Origin: a virus
Taxonomy: Duplodnaviria; Caudoviricetes
IMG/VR virus record: IMGVR_UViG_3300030427_000031
Location: 1-62,095 of that record
Reading direction: 5' to 3' (one strand)
Length of the DNA stretch: 62,095 bases
Positions 37,313 through 48,235 of this stretch are shown here, in pieces. The notes beneath the pieces were generated by a model. That model searched no databases, was not told the origin of the DNA, and saw only the letters and a list, made by a program, of their open reading frames with translations. The translations under genes and the position numbers were made by a program. Numbering within the stretch: position 1 is the stretch's first letter; the number at the start of each line of letters is the position of its first letter.

Positions 37313-39733
37313 ATGGCGGACAATTTTGGCTTAAAAATCGGCGTTGAGGGTGAGCGTGAATTTAAGAACGCTCTTTCTGAAATCAATCAGTCATTTAAGG
37401 TGCTCGGCAGCGAAATGACCCTTGTTACCAGCCAGTTTGATAAAAACGATAAATCCATACAATCGGTTGCCGCTCGGAATGCGGTTCTAAATAAAGAAAT
37501 TGACGCGCAGAAAGAGAAGATTTCCACCCTTAAAGCTGCTCTTGATAACGCCTCCTCCTCTTTTGGTGAAAATGACCGCCGCACGCAGAACTGGCAGATC
37601 CAGCTGAACAAGGCACAAGCTGAACTCAACGGTATGGAGCGTGAACTTGCACAGTCCACTATCGAAGCGGATAACCTCGGTGCAGAATTAGACGATTCTG
37701 GCAAAAGAGCAGAAGATGCTGGTGGCAGGTTTGATAAACTTGGTGGCGTACTTAAGGGCATTGGTTTGGCGATGGGCACAGTTGCCGTTGCCGCCGGAGC
37801 TGCCGCAATTAAGTTGGGCAAAGAAGTGGTCACTCAATTTGGCGAGTTGGAGCAAAACCTGGGTGGTTCAGAGGCGGTTTTCGGTGCATACGCTGCGTCG
37901 ATTCAGAAAACCGGTGAAGAGGCCTATAAAAACCTCGGTGTCTCCCAAAGCGAGTATCTCGCTACTGCCAACAAAATGGGTGCGTTGTTCCAAGGTTCCG
38001 GTATACAGCAACAGAAAAGCCTTGAACTAACCGAAAAAGCCATGCAACGTGCCGCAGACATGGCATCCGTTATGGGAATAGATATGTCTACTGCGATGGA
38101 GGCTGTCACAGGTGCTGCAAAAGGCAACTTTACCATGATGGATAACCTCGGTGTTGCTATGAACGCTACCAACATCCAAGCCTACGCTCTCGCAAAGGGT
38201 CTGGATTTCACCTGGAATACCGCAACGCAAGCAGAAAAAGCCGAAGTTGCAATGCAGATGTTTTTCGAGAACACCGAGCAGTATGCTGGCAACTTTGCAA
38301 AAGAATCGACTCAGACCATTTCTGGTTCGATTGGGTTGTTACAGGCTGCGGTTGGCTCTTTTACAGCAGGACTTGGCAATGCTAATGCGGATATGACAAA
38401 TCTGACCGAGAATCTTGTTGATGCTTTCGAGGCAGTTGTCACTAATATCGTACCGGTTTTAGAGAATATAGTAGCAGCACTACCGACAGCGACGGGCGCA
38501 ATTTTAGCAGCGGTGGCAGACTTGCTTCCAATGCTTCTTGAATTAGTGACAAATATATTCCAGCAGGTTCTGGAGGCTATTTTGAACCTTTTACCTGAAC
38601 TTATCCCGGCGGCGGTTAGTGCTCTAATGACAATTGTCGGAGCGCTGATTGATAATCTTCCATTGCTCATAAATGCAGCAATAGAACTGGTTACCGCGCT
38701 TGTTGAGGGTATTGGCATTGCTTTACCTAAGCTCATACCCGCAGCAGTTTCGGCAGTCACAAAGATTGTTCAAGGTTTGATTGAGAACCTGCCAATGCTG
38801 TTGGATGCGGCTTTGCAGTTGATTATAGGATTAGCGCAAGGATTGGTAGACGCGATACCTCAGCTTGTTTCTGCCTTGCCTCCCATCATCGAAGCACTGG
38901 TGGATTTTCTGATTGAATCCATTCCAGAGATTATCGATGCGGGTATTCAATTGCTGACTTCACTGGTGACAGCATTGCCTACCATCATTACGGCAATTGT
39001 GGAAGCAATCCCGCAAATCATCGACAGTATTATTAATGCAGTCATTGGATCGATTCCCATGATTATTGATGCAGGCATCCGGCTTTTGATATCGCTAATT
39101 CAGGCACTTCCTCAGATTATTACTACTGTTGTAGCCGCAATTCCAAAGATCATAACCTCACTGGTAAATGCCATTGTAGGTAATATAGATAAGATCATCC
39201 TGGCCGGTGTTCAGCTGTTTGTGGCATTGATTGCAAACCTGCCAAGGATAATTGTGGAGGTTGTTAAGGCAGTTCCACAGATCATCTCAGGATTGGTTAG
39301 AGCCTTTACCGGTTATATAAGCTCAATGGCCCAAGTGGGTGGCAATTTGATTAAAGGATTGTGGAATGGTATTTCAGACGCAGGTGCTTGGCTATGGAAT
39401 AAGATTTCAGGATTTTTCGGTAATGTGGTATCGAAGATTAAGAACTTCTTCGGTATCAACTCCCCTTCAACTCTATTTGCTGGAATTGGTCGCAATATGG
39501 GCGAAGGCATCGGTGTGGGCTTTGAAGATGCAATGACAGCAGTTTCAAGGGATATGCAAAATGCGGTACCCACAAATTTCGATTTGAATTACAGAGGTTT
39601 GTCAGGACAAGGCAGTGCCACCGGCACAAGCATCACACAAAATCTCTCGGTGGTGACACCAAAGGCTCTGTCCGAAAAAGAACTGGCACGGGAGTTCAAA
39701 AACCTCTCCCGCAAGCTGGCACTTGAATTATAA
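37313..39733 (+). CDS. Tape measure protein
   Basis: Coiled-coil N-terminus, ~11-residue Pro-periodic amphipathic repeats, GINSPS. Confidence 0.9.
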   Translation: MADNFGLKIGVEGEREFKNALSEINQSFKVLGSEMTLVTSQFDKNDKSIQSVAARNAVLNKEIDAQKEKISTLKAALDNASSSFGENDRRTQNWQIQLNKAQAELNGMERELAQSTIEADNLGAELDDSGKRAEDAGGRFDKLGGVLKGIGLAMGTVAVAAGAAAIKLGKEVVTQFGELEQNLGGSEAVFGAYAASIQKTGEEAYKNLGVSQSEYLATANKMGALFQGSGIQQQKSLELTEKAMQRAADMASVMGIDMSTAMEAVTGAAKGNFTMMDNLGVAMNATNIQAYALAKGLDFTWNTATQAEKAEVAMQMFFENTEQYAGNFAKESTQTISGSIGLLQAAVGSFTAGLGNANADMTNLTENLVDAFEAVVTNIVPVLENIVAALPTATGAILAAVADLLPMLLELVTNIFQQVLEAILNLLPELIPAAVSALMTIVGALIDNLPLLINAAIELVTALVEGIGIALPKLIPAAVSAVTKIVQGLIENLPMLLDAALQLIIGLAQGLVDAIPQLVSALPPIIEALVDFLIESIPEIIDAGIQLLTSLVTALPTIITAIVEAIPQIIDSIINAVIGSIPMIIDAGIRLLISLIQALPQIITTVVAAIPKIITSLVNAIVGNIDKIILAGVQLFVALIANLPRIIVEVVKAVPQIISGLVRAFTGYISSMAQVGGNLIKGLWNGISDAGAWLWNKISGFFGNVVSKIKNFFGINSPSTLFAGIGRNMGEGIGVGFEDAMTAVSRDMQNAVPTNFDLNYRGLSGQGSATGTSITQNLSVVTPKALSEKELAREFKNLSRKLALEL

Positions 39734-39746
39734 AGGAGGTTTGACT

Positions 39747-40598
39747 ATGGAACTTACTTATATTAATGCAGATGGCAGGAGCATCACGCTCAAACAAAGC
39801 CGCCCGTATTTTCTTACCAAGATAGACGGCACAGGCAACATACGTCAGACCGTTAACACCTTCAAGGCACCGGATCAGGACGGTGCTTTTTATATTTCCT
39901 CTACACTGGATATGCGAAACATCATACTGGAGGGTACAGTCGTAGCAGATACACCTGACGATGCCTATGCATGGAGACAGCTTTTCCTTAAGATATTTAG
40001 CCCTAAGCTGAATGGAACACTCATCTATCGTGAACGGCAAATTGCCTGCGTTGTAGAGGAAGCGGGTTTTACCGTTTCCACCAGGCAGCGCATACCTAAC
40101 TTTTTTGTCAGTCTGCTTTGCCCGTCTCCCTTCTTTGAGACGCTTAATGAAGTGCGTGAGGAACTGGCATCTTGGATACCTTTATTCGAGTTTGAACTGG
40201 AAATACCTGAGAGTGGCATGGAGTTTGGAATGCGCCAGCCCAGTCAGATCATCACGGTGGACAACATCGGCGATGTTTCCTGTGGGTGTGAGATCGTATT
40301 CCAGGCACTGGGAACGGTGTCGAATCCAGAACTCTTAAATATTGATACCGGGGAATACATCCGCCTTCTCACTACAATGAATGCCGGAGATGAACTTCGT
40401 GTATATACCCATTTCGCTGGTAAGCGAGTAGTCAGCATCAACGGTTCTGCGGTAACAAATGCTTTCTCCCTGCTGGACACTAATTCGGTATTTTTCCAGC
40501 TTGCAGCAGGCATTAACACTTTGCGCTACGATGCTTCAGTCAATATGGAACTGCTGGAAGTTAGCATTTACTATCGTCCGCAGTTTCTGGGGGTGTGA
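39747..40598 (+). CDS. Distal tail (Dit-like) protein
   Basis: Follows the tape measure gene; LLCPSPFF, NIGDV, L..G.N.L. Confidence 0.75.
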   Translation: MELTYINADGRSITLKQSRPYFLTKIDGTGNIRQTVNTFKAPDQDGAFYISSTLDMRNIILEGTVVADTPDDAYAWRQLFLKIFSPKLNGTLIYRERQIACVVEEAGFTVSTRQRIPNFFVSLLCPSPFFETLNEVREELASWIPLFEFELEIPESGMEFGMRQPSQIITVDNIGDVSCGCEIVFQALGTVSNPELLNIDTGEYIRLLTTMNAGDELRVYTHFAGKRVVSINGSAVTNAFSLLDTNSVFFQLAAGINTLRYDASVNMELLEVSIYYRPQFLGV

Positions 40599-42517
40599 AT
40601 ATGCAATTATATATCTACAATCCAAACCGGGAGCTTACGGGTATTGTGGAGTCTTTTGAGTACCTGCGTTGGACACGGCGTTACTCTCAGTGTGGTTCAT
40701 TTGAGCTAAAAGCCATTGCAACACAGGAGAACACCGCGCTCTTAAAAGAAGGGAACATTATTTGGAAGAACGATGATGAGGAAGCCGGGATTATTGAACA
40801 TCTGGAATTGTCTCAGACCGAGCAGGAAATTATCACGGCGACTGGTCGCTTTGCTACCTCTTTCCTCGCCCGTCGTATTTTGTGGCAAACCGAGATACTT
40901 TCCGGAGATCTTTCTGTCTGTGCCCTGCAGCTGATAAATAATAATCTCATCAACCCTACTGATACAGCCCGGCAGATTACTGGAATATCCTTCTCGTCTC
41001 CTAACTTGGGTATTCCTGTTAGTACCCAGATATCATATCGGAATCTGATGGATTCAGTAACGGAACTATGCGCCGCTTCGGATATTGGCATTAAGACAGT
41101 GTTCACTCCTGCTACAGGTATTTTTACAGTGACGCTGTATAACGGGTCCAACTCCCAGGCGGTATTCTCTAAGGAGTACGAGAATCTGACTGAACAGATA
41201 TATACAGAGAGCGTAGCGGATTACGCCAATACCGCACTCATCGGTGGTGAGGGTGAAGGGGCAGACCGTACATTTGTTGCAATCACAAGCGGTTCTGGGG
41301 AGACTCGCCGCGAAATCTTCGTGGATGCCAAAGACTTACGGGCTGAGGACTTTGGAACAGATTACGTCAATACTCTGACTTTTCGAGGTCAGAGTAAGCT
41401 GAATGAGCAGGCAATACGATATACATTTGACACATCGGTCAATCCGCATGGCAACTTGACTTACAAGATAGACTTCGACCTTGGGCAGACCGTCAAAGTG
41501 ATCTCCAAGGCATGGGGCGTATCCATGACTACGCGAATCACCGAGATCGAAGAAACATATGACGCAGATGGGCAGAGTATCAGCGTAGTGTTTGGAAAGG
41601 CTGAGCTAACTATAGCGCAGAAAGTCCGCTCTGACATGAGCGAGGTTAAAACAGCACTATTGGCCCCTACCGGTATATCCGAAGTTGCCGAAGCTCTAAG
41701 CGTCGTGGAAGGAACACTGGGTGACTTGACGCAGGTGGACCCGAAAATTCAGGGTGATGACGTCGCGGATACCTTCAACAACCTGTTTGGGAAGCTTCCT
41801 ACCCTCGAAATTTTTGTAGGTGCGGGTACCATATCGATCGGTCAGTATGCCTTGTACAACATGGTACCAGGAGATACTTTATACTTCACCTCGTACAGTG
41901 GTAACAAGTTCAGCGACCAACCAAGTGAAAACGGACACGTATTTTTAACAAAGCATAATGGAGATAACACGGGCTATGGCTATCAGCGAGCAATGGGTTT
42001 CTTTATCAGTAGGGACACTATGACGTTTTATGTAATCTCTGTTTTCGTATTCAATAACCTATCTGGGCAGGCGAACTGGCTCAACATCAATAATGAACCA
42101 ATAACTACGACTAGGCTTGCAAACGGCGCAGTCACCGGCGTAAAGATCACAGATCGTACAATTACCGCTTCTAAAATTTCATCTGCGTTTACTGACTACT
42201 CTACGACAGAACAAAACACAGGGCGTTTATGGATTGATGGTAAGACGATTTATCGCAAACATGTGAATCTTGGGTCACTTACTAATGCGACACCGAAAAG
42301 CGTAGCTCATGGCATATCAAACCTCAGCACTGTTGTCAGTTTAACAGGCTTTGCGACAAACGGAACCGTATTCTTGCCGCTGCCACTTGCTCGTTACAAC
42401 AACTTTGCCTCGCAAATCGGTCTGTATATGGATACAACCAATGTCGTTGTCGAACCCGGCAATGACCGGACAACATATACAGGTTATGTGGTTATAGAGT
42501 ATACGAAAACTGTTTAA
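40595..42517 (+). CDS. Tal/Gp37-like tail protein with fibre-like C-terminal extension
   Basis: WTRRY..GSFEL, RREIFVDA, DFDLGQTV; C-terminal WIDGKTIYRK...IEYTK. Confidence 0.7.
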   Translation: MNMQLYIYNPNRELTGIVESFEYLRWTRRYSQCGSFELKAIATQENTALLKEGNIIWKNDDEEAGIIEHLELSQTEQEIITATGRFATSFLARRILWQTEILSGDLSVCALQLINNNLINPTDTARQITGISFSSPNLGIPVSTQISYRNLMDSVTELCAASDIGIKTVFTPATGIFTVTLYNGSNSQAVFSKEYENLTEQIYTESVADYANTALIGGEGEGADRTFVAITSGSGETRREIFVDAKDLRAEDFGTDYVNTLTFRGQSKLNEQAIRYTFDTSVNPHGNLTYKIDFDLGQTVKVISKAWGVSMTTRITEIEETYDADGQSISVVFGKAELTIAQKVRSDMSEVKTALLAPTGISEVAEALSVVEGTLGDLTQVDPKIQGDDVADTFNNLFGKLPTLEIFVGAGTISIGQYALYNMVPGDTLYFTSYSGNKFSDQPSENGHVFLTKHNGDNTGYGYQRAMGFFISRDTMTFYVISVFVFNNLSGQANWLNINNEPITTTRLANGAVTGVKITDRTITASKISSAFTDYSTTEQNTGRLWIDGKTIYRKHVNLGSLTNATPKSVAHGISNLSTVVSLTGFATNGTVFLPLPLARYNNFASQIGLYMDTTNVVVEPGNDRTTYTGYVVIEYTKTV

Positions 42518-42535
42518 TAAGGAGGAAAATAGTGT

Positions 42536-43039
42536 ATGGAGAAAAGCGGATTTTTTAACTCATCGGACGGAGACAGAGTCTATGATGCTGCGGATTTTGC
42601 TGCATATTTCGGAAGCCTCGTCTCCAACGGTGTTTTTTATATGGCAGCAACAAATCTACAGGTGTCGCCAGCAATTGGCTTGGCTGTGAATGTGGCTGCA
42701 GGAAGCGCATGGATTAACGGATACCGTTATGAGAATACGGATGTCTTAAATATACCACTGACAACTGCAAACGGAAGCAATCCCCGCATTGACCGGATTG
42801 TGATCCGCTTGAGTCAGATCAGTCGTAGCATTCAGCTTGCTGTTGTTGTTGGTACTCCCGCTGCAACGCCTGTGGCCCCTGCGCTGACAAGAACCAGCGA
42901 CGTCTACGAACTTGGTATCGCAGATGTGCTTGTACCTACAGCCGCTACATCAATAGTCGCAAACAACATTACTGACACCCGTCTGAATACCGACCTTTGT
43001 GGGTTGGTGAATTCGCTGGTTTCAGCGGTATATGAGTGA
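42536..43039 (+). CDS. Baseplate/tail structural protein
   Basis: SGFFNS..GDRVY, G.AWING, PRIDRIV. Confidence 0.6.
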   Translation: MEKSGFFNSSDGDRVYDAADFAAYFGSLVSNGVFYMAATNLQVSPAIGLAVNVAAGSAWINGYRYENTDVLNIPLTTANGSNPRIDRIVIRLSQISRSIQLAVVVGTPAATPVAPALTRTSDVYELGIADVLVPTAATSIVANNITDTRLNTDLCGLVNSLVSAVYE

Positions 43040-43050
43040 GGTGAATTTCT

Positions 43051-45522
43051 ATGGCAACTTATCAGGCAAATAATGCGTGTACATGGCGTAATGGTAGCTG
43101 GATTGCAGGTGTAACGGATTATGTTCGGCAAGGGGTTTATCCTGATGCTAACAATTATGAGAACGTGGGCGCTATGCTGTTTGACCTTGCCAGCATCCGG
43201 AATACTTACGCAAACTATTATCCAACATCGGCCAGCATTCACCTTGTCAGAATAGCTGCGGGTGACTGGGGCTCCGCCAGAACTATGACGCTGTATGCAG
43301 GAAACGCTTCTGGCATGCCAGCACCCAGTTCCAGCACAAGTGTGTCCGGGAGCAGGCCCACGAAGGTTACCTCCGGGTATAACTACACCGTTTCCGCCGG
43401 ACAAGGCGCAAAAGATATCGCCATTTCTACCGCGCTCATAGATTCCATCGGTAGTGGTGCCAGCAACTGCCTATTCATGGATGCAGGCTCAAGCACCTTG
43501 AATTACATGGGCTTTGGCGCAAGGGATGACCTGAGCCAGATCGTTCTAACTATTAATTGGGCAAGTCGGACAACCGCTTGCAGCGCACCTACTTCCTGCT
43601 CAGTTAACGCGACCCTCTCAGAAGGTAATGTCACACTATCGTGGAGTGGCGCATCTGGCGGCGTAAATAATACAATTTCATCCTACGAGATACAGTACAG
43701 CGATTCAACGGATAACATCACCTGGGGAGCATGGACAGCACTGACCACGGTGACTACCACGGCCACTAGCGGCAGCGCTTCTGTTGCGCCGCCTTCGACG
43801 CGAGGTAATTATCGTAGGTTTCAGGTACGAACACGTGGTACTGCAGGAGCAAGCTATTATTCGGGCTGGAAGGTTTCGACGAATTCCGTCCGTAGAAATA
43901 CGGTACCAAGTCCGGCAACCACTGCAGTCGCTTCCCCCTCAAACTATAGCGACGAAACCATTACGCTGACATGGAGCGGAGCTTCCGGTGGAACAAGTGC
44001 CATCAAGGGATACCAGATTGCCAGCAGAACATCCACTGATAACAGTACATGGAGTTCATGGAATGTTCTTACCACTCTAACACTCTCGGCAAGCGGCGGT
44101 AGTTACAACCCAAATGTATCAAGAATTCCAGGAACCTATACTCAATTTGGCATTTGGACGATAGATACTCTTGATGTTTACTCTTCAGAGGTTATCAGTA
44201 ACAGCATCTACTGCGATATTACTGCCTGCGTAGCGCCGACCGCTTGCTCAGTAAGCGCAACGTTGGCCGAAGGAAACGTAACCCTTTCATGGAGCGGAGC
44301 AGCTGGTGGTGCGGGAAATGCTATCACATCCTATGAGATACAATATAGTGATTCGACAGATAACAGCACATGGGGAGCCTGGACAGCACTGGCTACGGTG
44401 TTAACTTCAGCGACAAGCGGCAGTGTAATTGTCAGTGCACCGACTACACGTGGAAATTACCGCCGATTCAGAGTAAGAACACGTGGTGCAGCCGGGGAGA
44501 GTTTCTACTCAGACTGGACTGTTTCCAGCAACACTGTCCGTAGAAATACACTGCCTACACCACCGACTTCCTTTACCGCCGCTCCTGCCATTTACGAATC
44601 CAGCACCGTTACTCTTACATGGAGCGGAACGATACCCGGAACCAGCGCTATCAAGCAGTATGTCATTCAGCGTTCAACTTCAACGGACGGGATTAACTGG
44701 TCGGCATATGAGGCTCTGACAATCGTCGTTTCAAGTGCAACCTCTGGGACATATATAGCGAACGCTTCTCAGATATCAGGAATGTATACCCGCTACCGTA
44801 TCAGCGTAACCGATACATTGGATGCAGTTTCTGCCTATGTAGTAAGCGGTACAGTAAAGAAAAATAGTCCGCCGACTGCCCCAGCAATCATATGTCCCGT
44901 ATCTGGCAGCTCCAGTTACAATACCACCCCGCGTTTCATGATAACAACGGGCATTGAGCCAGATGGTCAAACACAGATTGTAGAAGTGAAAATCGACGCG
45001 GGTATTTGGATTAACAGCGTAGATCACCCTGAGATGTTTTCAGTAAGCGGCTATCTGGGCAATGGTGCAAAAACGGTGTATCAATCGGCAGCGCTGGCCG
45101 CAGGGAACCATACTGTGACCGTCCGCTGCATTGATAGTGATATAGGGTCGTCAAGTCCGGAGGTTATGCGTACTTTTACTGTATTGCCACCGCTATTTGA
45201 GACGATCACTGCGAACGAAACACATGTAAAGGCAATTCATATCCAGATGCTCCGAACTGCTGTAAATACAGTGCGGAGCTATTACAATCTGTCTCAGGTG
45301 ACTTGGAGTGAGGAGATTGTTGCTGGAAAGAGCACCATCAAAAACTGGCCTTTCCACATCACTGAGCTTAGAAAAGCCATCGAGTCGGTTATTACAATAG
45401 TAAACAGCTTTGATTCCTCGTCTACTTTTGATATCCCGCCCATAACCTGGTTGCCCATTGGAACTGGGCGACCAAAGGCGGATGTGATGCAACAGATTCA
45501 AGACCTGATCTTGGAGCTTTAG
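43051..45522 (+). CDS. Ser/Thr-rich tail or adhesin protein with four FN3-like domains
   Basis: Repeated VTLSWSG / Y.IQ / YRRF.VR units in an A-B-A'-B' arrangement. Confidence 0.7.
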   Translation: MATYQANNACTWRNGSWIAGVTDYVRQGVYPDANNYENVGAMLFDLASIRNTYANYYPTSASIHLVRIAAGDWGSARTMTLYAGNASGMPAPSSSTSVSGSRPTKVTSGYNYTVSAGQGAKDIAISTALIDSIGSGASNCLFMDAGSSTLNYMGFGARDDLSQIVLTINWASRTTACSAPTSCSVNATLSEGNVTLSWSGASGGVNNTISSYEIQYSDSTDNITWGAWTALTTVTTTATSGSASVAPPSTRGNYRRFQVRTRGTAGASYYSGWKVSTNSVRRNTVPSPATTAVASPSNYSDETITLTWSGASGGTSAIKGYQIASRTSTDNSTWSSWNVLTTLTLSASGGSYNPNVSRIPGTYTQFGIWTIDTLDVYSSEVISNSIYCDITACVAPTACSVSATLAEGNVTLSWSGAAGGAGNAITSYEIQYSDSTDNSTWGAWTALATVLTSATSGSVIVSAPTTRGNYRRFRVRTRGAAGESFYSDWTVSSNTVRRNTLPTPPTSFTAAPAIYESSTVTLTWSGTIPGTSAIKQYVIQRSTSTDGINWSAYEALTIVVSSATSGTYIANASQISGMYTRYRISVTDTLDAVSAYVVSGTVKKNSPPTAPAIICPVSGSSSYNTTPRFMITTGIEPDGQTQIVEVKIDAGIWINSVDHPEMFSVSGYLGNGAKTVYQSAALAAGNHTVTVRCIDSDIGSSSPEVMRTFTVLPPLFETITANETHVKAIHIQMLRTAVNTVRSYYNLSQVTWSEEIVAGKSTIKNWPFHITELRKAIESVITIVNSFDSSSTFDIPPITWLPIGTGRPKADVMQQIQDLILEL

Positions 45523-45602
45523 ACACAATACAACCAATAGCGCTCTCGTAATGTATGGGAGCGTTTTTCTATACACAAATTCATGAAATGGAGGTATTTC
45601 AT

Positions 45603-46043
45603 ATGAAAGAGATTTGGAATTGGATACAGCTGGTTTTTGCAGCTGTTGGTGCTTTTCTTGGGTGGTTTCTCGGTGGTCTGGACGGATTCCTTTATGCGCT
45701 CCTAGCATTTGTTGCTATTGATTATGTGACCGGAGTGCTCTGTGCCATTGTAGATAAAAAGCTGTCCAGTGAAATCGGCGCGAAAGGCATCTTTAAAAAG
45801 GTGCTTATTTTTACATTGGTGGGTGTGGCGCATATCCTTGATACGCAGATACTGGGTAGTACTGGGGACAATGGTGGTGTCCTTCGGACAGCAGTAATTT
45901 TCTTCTACTTGAGCAATGAAGGTGTGTCTATTTTAGAAAATGCCGGACATATTGGGCTACCAATACCTGAAAAACTCAAGGAGGTTCTAAAACAGCTACA
46001 TGGGCGTGATGATGAGCCCCCTAAATCAGGTGATGGAATATGA
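45603..46043 (+). CDS. Holin (phage holin 4 family)
   Basis: DYVTG, SEIG.KGI.KK, NEG.SILEN...G.PIP. Confidence 0.88.
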   Translation: MKEIWNWIQLVFAAVGAFLGWFLGGLDGFLYALLAFVAIDYVTGVLCAIVDKKLSSEIGAKGIFKKVLIFTLVGVAHILDTQILGSTGDNGGVLRTAVIFFYLSNEGVSILENAGHIGLPIPEKLKEVLKQLHGRDDEPPKSGDGI

Positions 46044-47410
46044 TTGATTTAACTAAAGCAGCAACAGTGTTCATCGGTAGACGAGGGGAACATTACTTTC
46101 GCCACCTTGAGTTTGACGTTTCCAGTTTGTTGGATGGTACCTACCCCGGCACTTCCCTAAATGCTATATATAAAAGACCCGATGGTATTGCATACCCTGT
46201 GATCGCTACCTATGCCGATGGAGTCCTTACATGGTCGCCCAGCGCAACGGATACACTGCTAGTCGGTGTCGGTCAGCTGGAGATAAGGGTTACTTATGGT
46301 GATGTGGTTGGAAAAAGCGTTCGGATACTGACCATCGTCCAGGAGGCCCTTGCAGATGGTATCGCTGAACCACCAGAGCCGCCAGCACAGGAATGGCTCA
46401 ATCAAGTGCTTTCTGCTTTAGCTGAACTGGATATTGATGAGATAAATAATCTGCTAAATCTCACTTATAATCTGTTAAACACTACACACGACTTGGTCGA
46501 AGATACGCGCGACAATCTGTATATGCGGACTGGGGTTCTCCTGAACCATTCGCATCCGATAGAAACTGCCACAGCACCGGATATGATAAGCCGAAGAGCG
46601 TCCATAACATTTAATGGCATAGCCAATGGCAATAACGTAGTAATCGGCACGGTAACTTATACATTTGTTACATCCTTGGGCAGTCCAACCGCAAACAATG
46701 TGCAAGTGTTAATCCAGGGCACTCTCCGCAATACCGTCAAGAAACTTGCCGAAGCTATAAGGGGCATCCAAGATGTAGCGAACATTGCTTTTGGGTCAGG
46801 AACATCATCAAACCCGTCTTGCACAGCCTATTGGACGAGTCAAATTTTCTCCATTGGTGATGTTACCATTCCTTCTGGTGAGAGTCTATTTTTATTGGAA
46901 AGAGCAGAAAATGCTACAACAGCATTGACTCTTACCTCTACTGCAACAGCTACTATCAACGCATTCACAAGAGCAAGCTATTTGAGATATGTGTTAAGCG
47001 GTAATGCTACCGGAGCGGGCGGTATTAATAGTGTCCGAGGACCTTTGCACACATTATTGCCCATTGGTAGTGTGGTTATAGGTGGACAGGGCGGATTGCT
47101 TTATCCGACGGCTTATGATTGTCATTTGGTTACCCTTTGCCGTCAATCGGATACAAGCGAAAAAGAACTAGACTTATATATCTCAAATGATGAAGTGAAC
47201 TTTACCAGAATCTCACGCAGCACGCCTATCGGTGCTGATAGTTCAAACGCTGGGTTGCATATTCATATTCAAATGCGTCAAAGTCGAGTGCCTTCTGGAT
47301 ATGGGCTGTATATCAGTATGGGAAGTGATGGCACATCGGCGAGTGCTTTCTGCGATTTGAAGTTTACCTACCACCTATACCCTGTCAGTCTTGCAACAAC
47401 CAACATGTAA
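46040..47410 (+). CDS. BppU-like N-terminal domain protein (possible receptor-binding/structural protein)
   Basis: N-terminal YKRPDG..YP...LTW....DT...G.GQLEI, then a coiled segment and a beta-rich C-terminus. Confidence 0.5.
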   Translation: MIDLTKAATVFIGRRGEHYFRHLEFDVSSLLDGTYPGTSLNAIYKRPDGIAYPVIATYADGVLTWSPSATDTLLVGVGQLEIRVTYGDVVGKSVRILTIVQEALADGIAEPPEPPAQEWLNQVLSALAELDIDEINNLLNLTYNLLNTTHDLVEDTRDNLYMRTGVLLNHSHPIETATAPDMISRRASITFNGIANGNNVVIGTVTYTFVTSLGSPTANNVQVLIQGTLRNTVKKLAEAIRGIQDVANIAFGSGTSSNPSCTAYWTSQIFSIGDVTIPSGESLFLLERAENATTALTLTSTATATINAFTRASYLRYVLSGNATGAGGINSVRGPLHTLLPIGSVVIGGQGGLLYPTAYDCHLVTLCRQSDTSEKELDLYISNDEVNFTRISRSTPIGADSSNAGLHIHIQMRQSRVPSGYGLYISMGSDGTSASAFCDLKFTYHLYPVSLATTNM

Positions 47411-47426
47411 ATTAGAGGTGATTTTA

Positions 47427-48131
47427 ATGAATTTACGCAAGTTAATACTTACGAATAATGCCTGCTTCAAAGCAGGCAAAACAATAATTCCCAAAGGCAT
47501 CATGGTACACTCTACTGGGGCAGATAACCCATGGCTGAAGCGCTATGTTGGCCCGGATGACGGCTTGCTCGGAAAGAACCAATACAACAATCATTGGAAT
47601 CAAGAAAAGCCCGGCGGCCGTCAGGTTTGCGTTCATGCCTTCATCGGTAAGCTGGCAGATAGAACAATCGCCACATATCAGACTTTGCCGTGGAACCATC
47701 GAGGCTGGCATGCTGGTGGCAATGCTAATGATACCCATATAGGCTTCGAGATTTGCGAGGACGGTCTTTCGGACAGCACCTATTTCAACAAGGTGTACCG
47801 GGAGGCCGTTGAACTTTGTGTATTTCTTTGTAGGGAGTTTGGTCTTACTGAAAAAGATATTATCTGCCATAGCGAAGGATATAAGCAAGGTATCGCCAGC
47901 AATCATGGTGATGTACTGCATTGGTTTCCTAAACACGGTAAGTCGATGGATACCTTCCGCGCCGATGTAAAATCCGGTCTTTCCTTTGCCGCTTCGGTCG
48001 AGACGACCCCATCGAAGAAATATTACCGAGTCCAACTTGGATCGTTTTCTGTTAAGGCGAATGCAGATGCCATGCTCAGCAAGGTCAAGGCAGCTGGCTT
48101 CACCGATGCCTTTATTAAATACAGCGAATAA
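47427..48131 (+). CDS. Endolysin, N-acetylmuramoyl-L-alanine amidase with SPOR-like domain
   Basis: VHSTG, WHAG, GFEICE, ICHSE; C-terminal YRVQLGSF..KANA. Confidence 0.9.
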   Translation: MNLRKLILTNNACFKAGKTIIPKGIMVHSTGADNPWLKRYVGPDDGLLGKNQYNNHWNQEKPGGRQVCVHAFIGKLADRTIATYQTLPWNHRGWHAGGNANDTHIGFEICEDGLSDSTYFNKVYREAVELCVFLCREFGLTEKDIICHSEGYKQGIASNHGDVLHWFPKHGKSMDTFRADVKSGLSFAASVETTPSKKYYRVQLGSFSVKANADAMLSKVKAAGFTDAFIKYSE

Positions 48132-48140
48132 CAATCAGTT

Positions 48141-48186
48141 TAATGCCTATCGAGAGATCCGTCTTTCGGTAGGCATTATTTTTTTT
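48141..48186 (+). terminator. Intrinsic terminator ending the late operon
   Basis: TAATGCCTATCGAGAGA/TCTTTCGGTAGGCATTA stem plus T-run. Confidence 0.8.
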
Positions 48187-48193
48187 GGCTTTT

Positions 48194-48235
48194 TTCGTTC
48201 ATTCGGCTGATTTCTGTCCTGGGACTATTAGAGGG
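48194..48235 (+). promoter_or_regulatory. Fourth TTCGTTCA-N13-TGTCCTGGGA motif, ahead of the recombination module
   Basis: TTCGTTCATTCGGCTGATTTCTGTCCTGGGACTATTAGAGGG. Confidence 0.75.

Noticed and set aside
40595-47410. Diversity-generating retroelement acting on tail genes
   Set aside because: No reverse transcriptase in the window, and the repeats found are in-frame domain duplications not limited to adenine changes.
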